This document shows, piece by piece, positions 50,657 to 60,255 of a stretch of DNA of 64,000 bases (its first letter is position 1; each line of letters starts with the position of its first letter). The notes under the pieces were generated by a model. That model was not told where the DNA came from and made no database searches. It worked only from the letters and a program-made list of their open reading frames with translations. The stretch covers positions 21,125-85,124 of the forward strand of contig JABDFG010000002.1 in NCBI GenBank assembly GCA_013286655.1, in the 5' to 3' direction. The stretch is from Bacteroidota bacterium (GTDB lineage Bacteria; Bacteroidota; Bacteroidia; JABDFU01). The position numbers were made by a program, and so were the translations under genes.

Positions 50657-50722
50657 GGGAAAGGGAATCGAAATTTATTTTCGGGGGATGCGCGTATTTT
50701 TATGTATCCGAATGGCCAAAGA
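50657..50722 (+). pseudogene. 24-codon relic of a paralog of the 51458..52378 lipoprotein gene
   Basis: GKGNRNLFSGDARIFMYPNGQRLT* here versus GKMGTRLTGDASIFMYPNGQNVV in the full gene. About 30 of 36 nt are identical across GATGCG.GTATTTTTATGTATCCGAATGG.CA.A (50687-50722 against 51680-51715). Confidence 0.5.
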
Positions 50723-51388
50723 TTAACGTAACAATTCTGTTTCGATGGCCCGCAGACATTTTTGATTCTTTACCATGAGGGGATGCGCAAGTGCCGCTAT
50801 TTTTATTTCGCGGCCAATACCAGTTCTTGAGCTGGAGGATGGTATTATCATCAGGTCAAAAGGTGTCCAAATGGAGGTAAATTTTAATTGATTCAACTTT
50901 GTGATGTCGCGATTAAGATCGCGGAGGAATTCGCTGTTGATACGCATTTGTCTAGCTCCTTTATTGCGGGATAAATAAGCGGTCAGTGTACCATGATGAG
51001 GGGAAGATAGTGTGATAAAATGATCTAAATGTGAAGGGTTTGTAATTCTCTGAACGTAGTATCGACAAACCAATCCGCCCATGCTGAACCCGATTAGGTC
51101 AAATTTTTGTGTGGGTGTAATTTTCTCGTTAATAAATGTATTGAGCTGTTCAGCGAGTTGGTCAATGCCAATTTGTCCAGAACTGGGTTTGAGTGATATG
51201 GAGTAAACTGTCCAACCACGATGGCGAAGAAAATGTGCCATGTGTTCCATTTTGCTTGAATCGTCTGAGATACCGTGCACAAGTATGACTGGGATTTTCA
51301 TGTCAATTTTTAAAAGTAGTGAATCCTGACCGGCTAAACATAATGTGGTGTTTAACGCAAATAGTAAGACATAAGCAATGGGCTTCAT
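50723..51388 (-). CDS. Secreted alpha/beta-hydrolase, lipase/esterase-like
   Basis: 221 aa with a signal peptide and the nucleophile elbow GFSMGG. Confidence 0.65.
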   Translation of the reverse strand: MKPIAYVLLFALNTTLCLAGQDSLLLKIDMKIPVILVHGISDDSSKMEHMAHFLRHRGWTVYSISLKPSSGQIGIDQLAEQLNTFINEKITPTQKFDLIGFSMGGLVCRYYVQRITNPSHLDHFITLSSPHHGTLTAYLSRNKGARQMRINSEFLRDLNRDITKLNQLKFTSIWTPFDLMIIPSSSSRTGIGREIKIAALAHPLMVKNQKCLRAIETELLR

Positions 51389-51457
51389 GTTTTTCTGGTT
51401 TCAGCTATCGCACAAACCTACGTTTATTTATACTAAATAATTGAGTATTTTTGAGGC

Positions 51458-52378
51458 ATGCGAATGCGATGTAAGGAAATTGTCCTCTTTGTTTTTGCCC
51501 TTGGCATGGTCCTCTTTGTTTCCTGTACGAAACAGCGGGCTCCTTCCAAGCCTACCGGGCCCGATTATGCTTCTCCTGCTACGTTTTATACTCAGTACCA
51601 GCAGAAGGTGCAGACGTTTCAGGTGGATTCTCCGGGAACTGGCTTTATTGTCGGCAAGATGGGTACCCGCCTTACGGGTGATGCGAGTATTTTTATGTAT
51701 CCGAATGGTCAGAATGTTGTTTATCCTTTTACGCTTCAATTGATCGAGGTTTATACGGGCAAGGATATGATCCTTTCTAACTTGCCTTCGCTGGGTGGGG
51801 GGAAGATTCTTCAGACAATGGGAGAAATTAGTGTGAATGCTTTTAAGGGTTCTCAACAGTTGGTATTGAGGCCGGGTAAAAAATATTTTATGGAACTGGA
51901 TACGAATAAGTCTTTGTTGTCCGGGATGAGTGTGTTTTATGGGGTTAGCGGTGGAAGTATTACAGACTGGACTGTTCTGATTCCGGATACGCTTTCTGCA
52001 GTGATTAATTACCCGTTTTTTTATGCGATGAATATTGCCCGAATGGGTTGGGTGAGCTGTGCACAGAATTTTAATCCGGGTGGTGCGACTACAACTATTG
52101 ATTTTACTTCGGCCGGAACGAATATTCAAAATATTGATGTGTTTCTTGTTTTTAAGGATATTCACAGTGTGGTGCAGGTGTATGGTCTGAAATCCCAGGT
52201 GGCTATACCGGTTGGTACTAATCTGACGGTGGTCGCGATCAGCCGGGATGCTAATTCGGGGAATTCAATGGTATATGATTCGCAAGCGATTACTGTGGGC
52301 GCTGGTCAGCAGGTTACGCTGAACATGAAGAATATTTCGGATGTTGCTTTACTGAATGCTTTGTCTGCTTATAATTAA
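51458..52378 (+). CDS. Hypothetical lipoprotein
   Basis: 306 aa with a lipobox (LFVSCTKQ). No recognised domain. Confidence 0.45.
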   Translation: MRMRCKEIVLFVFALGMVLFVSCTKQRAPSKPTGPDYASPATFYTQYQQKVQTFQVDSPGTGFIVGKMGTRLTGDASIFMYPNGQNVVYPFTLQLIEVYTGKDMILSNLPSLGGGKILQTMGEISVNAFKGSQQLVLRPGKKYFMELDTNKSLLSGMSVFYGVSGGSITDWTVLIPDTLSAVINYPFFYAMNIARMGWVSCAQNFNPGGATTTIDFTSAGTNIQNIDVFLVFKDIHSVVQVYGLKSQVAIPVGTNLTVVAISRDANSGNSMVYDSQAITVGAGQQVTLNMKNISDVALLNALSAYN

Positions 52379-52403
52379 AACTAAACAAACAAATAAATAA
52401 TTT

Positions 52404-53270
52404 ATGAAAATGAGAAAAAGTAAAAAATCGCTTGTACTGGGACTTGCTGTATCGGCTTTGTTTTCCCTGAATACGTTTGCACAACAATTAAAGAGCCCGG
52501 CTCCAAGCCCGACTCAGACATTGAAACAAAATTTTGCATTGGGTGATATTACGCTTGAGTATTCTCGCCCGAGTCTTAAAGGCCGTGTAGCTTTCGGTGA
52601 GGTGGTTCCTTTTGATAAGGTATGGAGGACGGGTGCTAATGCTTCTACGAAGGTTACGTTCAGTGATAAGGTCAAGGTGGAGGGGAATGATGTTCCTGCC
52701 GGTACTTATTCCTTGTATACGATTCCGGGTAAAACGGAATGGACGATTATTCTTAACAAGAATGTTACGAATTGGGGGACGGATGGTTATAAGCAAGAAG
52801 AGGATCTGGTGCGCTTTAAGGTGAAACCGATGATGATTTCTGAGAAGGTGGAAACATTTACGATGAATGTAGGAGAAATGACGAGCACGTCGGCTAATGT
52901 TGACCTGATGTGGGAAAAGACACATGTTGGGTTTAGTGTAACGGCTAATATTGACAGCGTGATGATGAAGAACATTGATATGGCTTTGGCTCCGGCTGAT
53001 AAGCGTCCGTATTTTCAGGCAGCCAATTATTATTATGAGAATAATAAGGATTTAAACAAGGCGCTGGAATGGGTGAACAAGGCAGTGGATCAGAATCCTA
53101 AGGCGTTTTATGTTTTACACCTGAAAGCAAAAATACAAGTGAAGCTGAAGGATAATAAGGGCGCTATTGCCACTGCTGAACAGTCTATTGCGATGGCTAA
53201 GGAGGCTAAAAATGATGATTACGTGAAGCTGAACGAAAAGCTGATCGAGGAGGCGAAGAAAGGGAAATAA
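52404..53270 (+). CDS. DUF2911-like secreted protein with C-terminal TPR-like helices
   Basis: 288 aa with a signal peptide and a VWRTGANASTKVTF motif resembling DUF2911. Family assignment is from memory. Confidence 0.4.
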   Translation: MKMRKSKKSLVLGLAVSALFSLNTFAQQLKSPAPSPTQTLKQNFALGDITLEYSRPSLKGRVAFGEVVPFDKVWRTGANASTKVTFSDKVKVEGNDVPAGTYSLYTIPGKTEWTIILNKNVTNWGTDGYKQEEDLVRFKVKPMMISEKVETFTMNVGEMTSTSANVDLMWEKTHVGFSVTANIDSVMMKNIDMALAPADKRPYFQAANYYYENNKDLNKALEWVNKAVDQNPKAFYVLHLKAKIQVKLKDNKGAIATAEQSIAMAKEAKNDDYVKLNEKLIEEAKKGK

Positions 53271-53313
53271 ACCATTTGTAGTTAAAACTTGTAGTAAACA
53301 ATAAAAAAACGTC

Positions 53314-54144
53314 ATGAAAAAAAATATTTTTATGTTGCTGGCTGTTTGCGCAGTGACCTCTGCATTATATGCAGGAGATTTTGACTTTACGAGTAAAGGG
53401 AAACGAGGACGGGGAAATGATAATTCGAAATTATTTGTAGGTTTTTCGGTGGGAGCTGGTTTGCCTATGGGAAATTTTGGCAAACATGATTCTACCGGGG
53501 GCACTTTGCCGGTGCCTGGAAGGGACACGACTAAGCTTAAGGGCTTTGCAAATACGGGATTTAATTTTAATCTAAAGGCTGGTTACCATTTTACAAAGAA
53601 TGTCGGAGGAATGATTCAAATCGGAGGTAATATGAACAGTTTTAATACCTCTGCTTTTCAAACGCTGATTTTTTCAAATGGGGACGGCACTGTAAATCCT
53701 TCTGTTACAGCATCTTCCCATTATATAGGAACCTATCTTATAGGGCCATTTTTTGTTATTCCTGTTGGCGATAAAATTGATATCGATGCTCATGTTCTGG
53801 TCGGGCTTATGACGGTATCCTATAGTGAAATTAAACCGTCGGGGACAGATACTACTGGTGTAAGTTTTGGTGCCCAAGCTACTAAGTTTAGCGATGATCT
53901 TAAATACAATTCTGCAACTTCGTTTGCGTATTGTTTTGGGGCAGGATTAAAATTTAAGCTGACGGATATGGTGGGTATTACGTTAAGTGCGGATTATCTG
54001 GGTGCAACACCTGTATTTACAGGATATACTCTTACCAGTTCTCAGGGTGGCGTTTCCTCTCCCCCCATGTCGGATACAACTATTAAGGCTGCTATGAGTA
54101 CTAGCCTTATCAATGTTAATGTGGGTGCTGTGTTTAGTTTTTAG
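53314..54144 (+). CDS. Outer-membrane beta-barrel protein (porin-family-like), hypothetical
   Basis: 276 aa with a signal peptide, Gly/aromatic-rich strands and a C-terminal F. Confidence 0.45.
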   Translation: MKKNIFMLLAVCAVTSALYAGDFDFTSKGKRGRGNDNSKLFVGFSVGAGLPMGNFGKHDSTGGTLPVPGRDTTKLKGFANTGFNFNLKAGYHFTKNVGGMIQIGGNMNSFNTSAFQTLIFSNGDGTVNPSVTASSHYIGTYLIGPFFVIPVGDKIDIDAHVLVGLMTVSYSEIKPSGTDTTGVSFGAQATKFSDDLKYNSATSFAYCFGAGLKFKLTDMVGITLSADYLGATPVFTGYTLTSSQGGVSSPPMSDTTIKAAMSTSLINVNVGAVFSF

Positions 54145-54325
54145 TTACTATTCGTTGTATACTATTTCGGGTAAGACGGATTACCTCCATTATTTTTGGC
54201 ATTTATACGGTCGACTTCGGTCTGCTTGAAGAAAAGGTGATGCTAGATGTTCACCTTGCAGAATTTTATGGGGTAGAGAACAGAGCGTTAAAGCAGGCTG
54301 TTAGGAGAAACGGAGATTACTGAGT

Positions 54326-55027
54326 CTAAAATTTCAAGCCGACTCCTGCGCTTACATTAATGATTGTTATGTTTTGTGTTTCATTGAGCGACTGGGAAAG
54401 TGAGCCTGCGATATTGGGATTTGTGCTGCCAATGGTGATGGATTTTTGGATGGGATTGGTGTACATTGCTTCAAGGGAAAGGTTGAGAAAAATGTTTTTG
54501 TATATTCTCAAATTGGCGACACAGCCTGCATTCAACAGCAGGCTGTTTGCGTTCGGGGAGCTTGCAACGATTCCTGTACCGTTGGAAATGATGTCTTCAA
54601 CTGGAAATACCGTGTTTGAAATACCGGCTTGGAGTTTTAACCCAACTGTGTAATTTTCTCCATATTCGAGTGGCACATGTATGCCAATCAAATAATTGGT
54701 TACCTGCCAATCTGAAACAGAGACTTGAAGGGGGATGCCAGTACCGGAGGAATTTAAGTAGGATTGAATGCTGCTTACGTTGAAGGGATTGTCGGAACGA
54801 CTTATACTAAGATCAAATCCTATCTTGTAGGATCGGTCCCAAATAAAATGGACGGCATAAAATGGTCCTCTAAGTGCATACCCGGAGGATGCGGCATTTG
54901 TAGAGGATGCGTAATCTCCTTGCGGCAGACTTACTCCATAGTTTAGAAAAAGATATTTGTCGGCAGCTATTTGTGAAAAACAGCAAAACGGAAATAGCAT
55001 AAGGAGTAAAAGTAAAAAACGCCTCAT
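54326..55027 (-). CDS. Outer-membrane beta-barrel protein, hypothetical
   Basis: The start is set at the ATG giving the signal peptide MRRFLLLLLMLFPFCCFSQ. The upstream part of the track ORF (to 55348) overlaps the 3' end of the symporter gene and is rejected. Confidence 0.45.
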   Translation of the reverse strand: MRRFLLLLLMLFPFCCFSQIAADKYLFLNYGVSLPQGDYASSTNAASSGYALRGPFYAVHFIWDRSYKIGFDLSISRSDNPFNVSSIQSYLNSSGTGIPLQVSVSDWQVTNYLIGIHVPLEYGENYTVGLKLQAGISNTVFPVEDIISNGTGIVASSPNANSLLLNAGCVANLRIYKNIFLNLSLEAMYTNPIQKSITIGSTNPNIAGSLSQSLNETQNITIINVSAGVGLKF

Positions 55028-55059
55028 ATACTTTACGAATTTAGAACAATTTGAGACTA

Positions 55060-56748
55060 TTACTTGGTCGCACGAGAGGAGCCTTGTATCAAGCCCGCAA
55101 TTACCATCACCAATAAACAACCTATTACATTCAACCAAAGGAAGGCCATCAGGTTCGCTAACCAAATAAGAATAATGAGGACTTCTGCGATGAGAGCGGC
55201 GTAAAAAACCGCTCTTCCTTTTACTTGTTTCATGTAAAAGGCGACCAGGAATATTCCGAGTATGGTTCCATAAAATAAGGAGCCCAGGATGTTGACGGCT
55301 TCTATTAAGTTTCCAAGCCGACTGGCATAAAGCGCCACAACTATACAAAAGATTCCCCAGCCTATGGTTGCCCAGCGGGAGGCGGAAAGGTATAGGGCGG
55401 GGCTTCCGTCTTTTTTGTAGATACGTTTGTAAAAATCAATGATGGTGGTGGAGGCCAGTGAGTTCAGGCCGCTGGCGGTTGATCCCATGGCGGCCAGGAA
55501 GATAATTGCGATGAGCAGGCCGATCAGTCCTTTGGGCAGGTAGCGTGTGATGAAACTTAAAAAAATGTAATTGCTGTCGTTGGTGTCTGCTTTGGGATTG
55601 TTGAGGGTCATCAGGTCGGTTACTTCTTTGCGTATTGTTTTGGCTTGCTGATCGGCTTCTTGTAATTGGGTGCGGGCTGACTGGAGTGCCTGCTGATCAT
55701 CGGTGTGAAGGGCTTCTACCAGGTCGTTGACGCGTTGTTTTTTCAGGGTGTTGGCTTCTTTGTATTTTGTTTCGAGTTGATGGTAGTCTTCTTTATAGGG
55801 GCTGTTCTCTATGCGATCGACTTCGGTTTTATTAAAAAAAACGGGTGCCGGATGGAATTGATAGAAGCTGAATACGAGTGTGCCAATGAGCAGAATCAGG
55901 AATTGCATGGGGATTTTTATGAGTCCGTTCAGGATGAGCCCCAGCCGGCTTTCGGTAATGGATTTTCCTGCGAGGTAGCGTCCGACCTGGCTTTGGTCGG
56001 TTCCAAAATAGGAGAGTTGAAGAAAAAATCCTCCGATGATGCCGGACCAGATATTGTAACGGTTGTTCAGATCGAATTTGGTGTCGATGGTATTTAACTT
56101 GCCCATTTTTCCGGCTATGTGCAGGGCGTCGGAGAAGCCTATGTTGGAAGGTAAGAGGTGTACTACCATGAAGGCGGCCATAAAAAGGCCGGCGAATATA
56201 ATGCCCATTTGAAACAGTTGTGTATAGGAAACTGCTTTTGTGCCTCCATATACGGTATATAGGATTACGAGGGTGCCCATCAGGATGGTGGTATAGGAGA
56301 TGTCAATGTGGAGTATGGTGGATAAGATGATGGATGGGGCGTAAATGGTGAGTCCGGTGGATAGTCCTCTTTGTACCAAAAACAGGAACGCGGTTAACAG
56401 ACGTGTCCTGCAATCGAAACGTTTTTCAAGAAATTCGTAGGCGGTGAAAACTTTTAATCGCTGGAAGATGGGGATAAAGGTGATGCAGATGACAATCATC
56501 GCGAAGGGTAATCCGAAATAGAATTGTACAAAGCGCATACCGTCGCTATAGCCTAGGCCAGGTTCTGATATGAAGGTGATGGCACTTGCTTGTGTGGCCA
56601 TCACGGAGAGCCCGATGTGGTACCAGGGTAATTGTTTGTCGGCAAGTAAAAAGTCTTCGATGTTTTTTGCGCCCCGGCTTTTCCACAGTCCATAACAGAT
56701 GATTGATAGCAATGTTACTGCGAGTACCAGCCAATCGATCGTACTCAT
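55060..56748 (-). CDS. Sodium:solute symporter family transporter with a ~100-aa charged/coiled-coil insertion
   Basis: 562 aa with an SSF topology of about 13 TM helices. A hydrophilic insert (TEVDRIENSPYKEDYHQLETKYKEANTLKKQRVNDLVEALHTDDQQALQSARTQLQEADQQAKTIRKEV) sits between TM helices. Confidence 0.75.
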   Translation of the reverse strand: MSTIDWLVLAVTLLSIICYGLWKSRGAKNIEDFLLADKQLPWYHIGLSVMATQASAITFISEPGLGYSDGMRFVQFYFGLPFAMIVICITFIPIFQRLKVFTAYEFLEKRFDCRTRLLTAFLFLVQRGLSTGLTIYAPSIILSTILHIDISYTTILMGTLVILYTVYGGTKAVSYTQLFQMGIIFAGLFMAAFMVVHLLPSNIGFSDALHIAGKMGKLNTIDTKFDLNNRYNIWSGIIGGFFLQLSYFGTDQSQVGRYLAGKSITESRLGLILNGLIKIPMQFLILLIGTLVFSFYQFHPAPVFFNKTEVDRIENSPYKEDYHQLETKYKEANTLKKQRVNDLVEALHTDDQQALQSARTQLQEADQQAKTIRKEVTDLMTLNNPKADTNDSNYIFLSFITRYLPKGLIGLLIAIIFLAAMGSTASGLNSLASTTIIDFYKRIYKKDGSPALYLSASRWATIGWGIFCIVVALYASRLGNLIEAVNILGSLFYGTILGIFLVAFYMKQVKGRAVFYAALIAEVLIILIWLANLMAFLWLNVIGCLLVMVIAGLIQGSSRATK

Positions 56749-56861
56749 TGAAAGTGTTTTGTGAAGAAATAAAAACTCAGGATCAGTGCTGCCAGAACTA
56801 TTATCAGCGAGATATACAGGTTATTCCAGCTTTTGCCGATGGGTGGTTTTTGTTCGCTCAT
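56745..56861 (-). CDS. 38-aa single-TM peptide, translationally coupled between the deacetylase and symporter genes (candidate SSF accessory subunit)
   Basis: Manually translated as MSEQKPPIGKSWNNLYISLIIVLAALILSFYFFTKHFQ. Its ATG overlaps the deacetylase stop (ATGA) and its TGA overlaps the symporter ATG (ATGA). Coordinates are +/-1. Confidence 0.5.
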   Translation of the reverse strand: MSEQKPPIGKSWNNLYISLIIVLAALILSFYFFTKHFQ

Positions 56862-59401
56862 TTATTTTGTGGCAGGCTTAGCAGGTTTACCATTAAACGA
56901 TAGGCACCGGGTATACCTGCGGGAAGTTCCCGGAAGAAAACCAGGCCGGTGTATACAAAATTTCCTTTTCCATAGGTGGCTATGATCAGGCTGCCTTCAT
57001 TGGGTTTTTCATTGGGGTCGTTCATGGACAATAGTTTCTCATAATTTTTATCGATGTCGGTGGCGAAATAAATGCCGCGCTCCTGGATCCATCCTTCAAA
57101 GTCTTTGGACGTTATGTCGTTGGGGGTATTGAACACGGGATGGTGGGGTTGGAGGATCCTGACTTCTGAATTTTCATTGGTGACTCTGTCTCTGCTGATG
57201 GTGAAGGGGTAAGGTCCGATTTTTGCAAGAACAGGTCCGATGTTGTTGTTGGTATTGTATTGTACGATCAGGTTGCCTCCCTTTTCTATGTAGTCCATGA
57301 GCTTGTTGTAATAGATCTGCAGGCGTTTATCGGTATTATATGCGCGCACTCCTGTTATAATGGCATCGTACCTGGATAATTTTTCCGTTGCTAAAAGTTC
57401 GTCTGTTAATACCGTAACCGTATATCCTATTTCTTTTAAACAGGCAGGTATTTCATCTCCGGCACCGGGAATGTAGGCGATATTGGTTCCGGCTTTTTTC
57501 AAATGGATGTTTACCAACTGTGCTTCGGCATCGCTTAAAATGAACTGGTAAGGTATGTGATCGTATTCAATGCGTTGTATGCTTTTGGTGTAATTTATTC
57601 CATTGATGTTCAAGGAGGCCTGGAGCGTGCCGTCGGTGCTGTTTTTACCGGGGCTTAGTGTGGCTTCGAGTAAAAGTTCTTCACCCTTGCCGGCTAAGTT
57701 GAACTCTTTGTTTTTTATTTCCAGGTTCCAGCCTTGTGGAACAGTTAGCTCCAAGGTTCCTTTTATATTGTCTTCATTGGCTTTGAGTAGAATTTGTATT
57801 GTCTTGGGTTCGGGTCCGCTGAATACGAAGGCTTTTTCGGAAATGTTCAGGGTGGCGGGCGGAAGAATTTCGAAGGGACGGTAGACTTCTCCTTTTACAG
57901 GATCGGTGTATTTATAGACCAAAGGGCGTTCTACTTTTAAAGTCAGGTCTTTGAGCTGTACATAAAAAATGACCTTGGCTTCGGGATCGTTTTCGGGCTT
58001 ACCAATTAGTAAGGGGTCTTTTATCACGAAGGTTCCCGGACCGTGTTTTTCATTTAGCCAGTACGGATTGGAAAAGGGTAAGTTGGAGGGGAGTTTTTCG
58101 GTGTGTTTGAATGAACGCAGCTCTTCCGTTTTTAATGTAAGCGCGGTTACGGTATCGGTTTGTTCCAGGTAATTGATCTTTTCGAGCCTGGCTTCGCAGT
58201 TGTTTCGTTTAACAATTTGTGAAGTGATTGCTACAGGGTTTCCGGGAATGCCAATGTAGTCGGATGCGTAAGCCTCCATCCAAAGGCCGGAGCATTCGAG
58301 CAATAGTGTTTGGGCTTCTTTCATTTTCTCCTTCTTCCAAAAGTCTATCTCCCGGTCCTTTGCCGCCAGTTCTGGTTTTTCTTTGAAGTCTGTATTTTTT
58401 GGCAGTAGTTCTTTGTAAATTTCGATCAGGTCCTGAATGCTGGAGGCGGGGTTTCCCGGATTGAATTTCCGTATGCTTTCTTCCAGCTTTTTTTGAATTG
58501 GCTCCGTTGATCCATTATACATGCCCGGTAATCCGGAAAGTCTTTTCCAGCTTTGGTCTATTCCTTCGAAGAGATCGGTTTTGGCGGAATCGCCTTTGAG
58601 TAGTTTGAAGTATTCGATGCTGCTGCCTCTGGTTCTCGCTGAACCGAAGCCCTGGCTTTTGTGATTGGAGCGGCTTTCAGCTGCTATTTCTCCGTAGCTT
58701 TTTCCAAGTAGTGGATTGTAAACACCTACGTCGACTTGCAATTGGCTGGGGCTGGTGGTGTTTAATCCTCCGAAATTAAAAGTGTTCCAGAAGATCCGGC
58801 GGGCCTGCCACACATCAACGTGTGCCAGCTGCCAGGGAAAACGTTTGGGATCGGCTGCGGCATCGAAGGCTTCTACCGCGAGTATTGCGGAGGCGGTATG
58901 GTGTCCGTGCCCTCCTTCCCCGGTTGTGGGGAAACGGCAGATGATGACGTCGGGCTTAAATTTCCGGATAGTCCATACTACGTCGGCCAATATGCTGTCT
59001 TTGTTCCAGATGGAGAATGTTTCTTCAGGGTTTTTGGAATAACCGAAATCGTTGGCCCGGGTAAAAAATTGTTCGGCTCCGTCCGTCCTCCTGGCAGCCA
59101 ATAATTCCTGGGTTCTTACCAGACCCAGGGCAGGGCCCTGTTCTTTGCCTATCAGGTTTTGCCCTCCGTCACCTCGCGTTAGTGATAGGTAGCCGGTGCG
59201 GAGTTTTTTCTCTTTGCTAAGGTAGGCGAGCAAGCGGGTGTTTTCATCGTCGGGGTGTGCCGCTATGTATAGGACGGAGCCTACAGTGTTTAGCTTTTCC
59301 AGCCCGAGCAAAATCTCCGAGGAGTTGGCCTGGGGAGAGGTTTGGGCGAATAGGGTTTGCAGCGTCAGGAATAAGAAAAGGAATAGCGTATAGGTTTTCA
59401 T
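56858..59401 (-). CDS. Secreted LmbE/PIG-L-family N-acetylglucosaminyl deacetylase with C-terminal ThuA/class-I-glutaminase-like domain
   Basis: PIG-L signature YIAAHPDDENTRLL near the N-terminus. The start is set at the ATG giving the signal peptide MKTYTLFLFLFLTLQTLFAQ; the track ORF extends to 59452. Confidence 0.7.
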   Translation of the reverse strand: MKTYTLFLFLFLTLQTLFAQTSPQANSSEILLGLEKLNTVGSVLYIAAHPDDENTRLLAYLSKEKKLRTGYLSLTRGDGGQNLIGKEQGPALGLVRTQELLAARRTDGAEQFFTRANDFGYSKNPEETFSIWNKDSILADVVWTIRKFKPDVIICRFPTTGEGGHGHHTASAILAVEAFDAAADPKRFPWQLAHVDVWQARRIFWNTFNFGGLNTTSPSQLQVDVGVYNPLLGKSYGEIAAESRSNHKSQGFGSARTRGSSIEYFKLLKGDSAKTDLFEGIDQSWKRLSGLPGMYNGSTEPIQKKLEESIRKFNPGNPASSIQDLIEIYKELLPKNTDFKEKPELAAKDREIDFWKKEKMKEAQTLLLECSGLWMEAYASDYIGIPGNPVAITSQIVKRNNCEARLEKINYLEQTDTVTALTLKTEELRSFKHTEKLPSNLPFSNPYWLNEKHGPGTFVIKDPLLIGKPENDPEAKVIFYVQLKDLTLKVERPLVYKYTDPVKGEVYRPFEILPPATLNISEKAFVFSGPEPKTIQILLKANEDNIKGTLELTVPQGWNLEIKNKEFNLAGKGEELLLEATLSPGKNSTDGTLQASLNINGINYTKSIQRIEYDHIPYQFILSDAEAQLVNIHLKKAGTNIAYIPGAGDEIPACLKEIGYTVTVLTDELLATEKLSRYDAIITGVRAYNTDKRLQIYYNKLMDYIEKGGNLIVQYNTNNNIGPVLAKIGPYPFTISRDRVTNENSEVRILQPHHPVFNTPNDITSKDFEGWIQERGIYFATDIDKNYEKLLSMNDPNEKPNEGSLIIATYGKGNFVYTGLVFFRELPAGIPGAYRLMVNLLSLPQNK

Positions 59402-59493
59402 ACCTGCAAAAATATTGTAATTCTTTGGATTTGGAACGTTTTTGATCGACATTAGAACGCCTTAACCCGATAACGCGTTCGTAATAAATGTTG

Positions 59494-59922
59494 CTAAGGG
59501 CGTGTGCTTTCGATCAGACTTAACGCTTCATCAGGATCTATGGTTGAAATTTCACTGTGTTTGAAGTCAGATAGATCTCGTGTAACAATTGCAGTAATTT
59601 TTTTGTTCGAAGTGGCACTATAGTATTGTATAGCGTCTTCAAAGTCTTTTAAACCGGAATTCAGCGATGCATGGATTATTTCCTTTGTTGTATCAATTGT
59701 CTCCGATATCTTTTCCAGACCCTTTAATACATTTATTGTTTCTTTGTGGGTGCTGAGTTTTTTAACTATGTAATAAATAGTAGTGTATGAAACGGCGGAT
59801 AAGTATATTTTAATATGTCCCTTTTCTGAGTGATCAAACAGTTTCGCTGCTGAAGTTGAAAAAGGTCGACGGTCTATGAGAAAATCAAGTACTACATTTG
59901 TATCCAGGAAGAGATGTTTCAT
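59494..59922 (-). CDS. PIN-domain toxin (VapC-like)
   Basis: 142 aa with an N-terminal FLDTNVVLD acidic motif and a PIN-fold-sized domain. Confidence 0.65.
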   Translation of the reverse strand: MKHLFLDTNVVLDFLIDRRPFSTSAAKLFDHSEKGHIKIYLSAVSYTTIYYIVKKLSTHKETINVLKGLEKISETIDTTKEIIHASLNSGLKDFEDAIQYYSATSNKKITAIVTRDLSDFKHSEISTIDPDEALSLIESTRP

Positions 59923-60167
59923 TTAGAATATTTTAAATTTATTTCCTTCTCCAGTATTTTCCTGTAATCTAATCCTTTAGGCGCTTTAATAGAACCGTAA
60001 AGTCGTTTTACCGTTGGAGCATATTCCTGAGTGTTAACATTTTTTGTAACCAGTGTTTTAAGGTAGTTTTCAATTAATGCCGAAAGACTTCTTCCTTTTT
60101 TATTAGCGTATCTCTTAGCAAGATTAATAATATCCTTTTCGATTGTTAGTGTTAGTTTAGTGGTCAT
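59919..60167 (-). CDS. Cognate antitoxin (small RHH-like protein) for the PIN toxin
   Basis: 82 aa, basic and helical (MTTKLTLTIEKDIINLAKRYANKKGRSLSALIENYL). Its stop overlaps the PIN ATG by 4 nt. Confidence 0.55.
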   Translation of the reverse strand: MTTKLTLTIEKDIINLAKRYANKKGRSLSALIENYLKTLVTKNVNTQEYAPTVKRLYGSIKAPKGLDYRKILEKEINLKYSK

Positions 60168-60255
60168 GACACGTGTGTTTTGTTATACAAATGTACGTAT
60201 AATATCCGTTAAAATAAAATCAAAAATCGTATTGGGGAACCTGAAAGAATACCTA

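Noticed and set aside
51428-52165. 245-aa minus-strand ORF (Arg/Lys/His-rich)
   Set aside because: It is antisense to the lipoprotein gene 51458..52378 and has low-complexity composition.
54326-55348. Full 340-aa track ORF
   Set aside because: Its first 107 codons overlap the 3' end of the well-supported symporter gene. The internal ATG at 55027 yields a canonical signal peptide.
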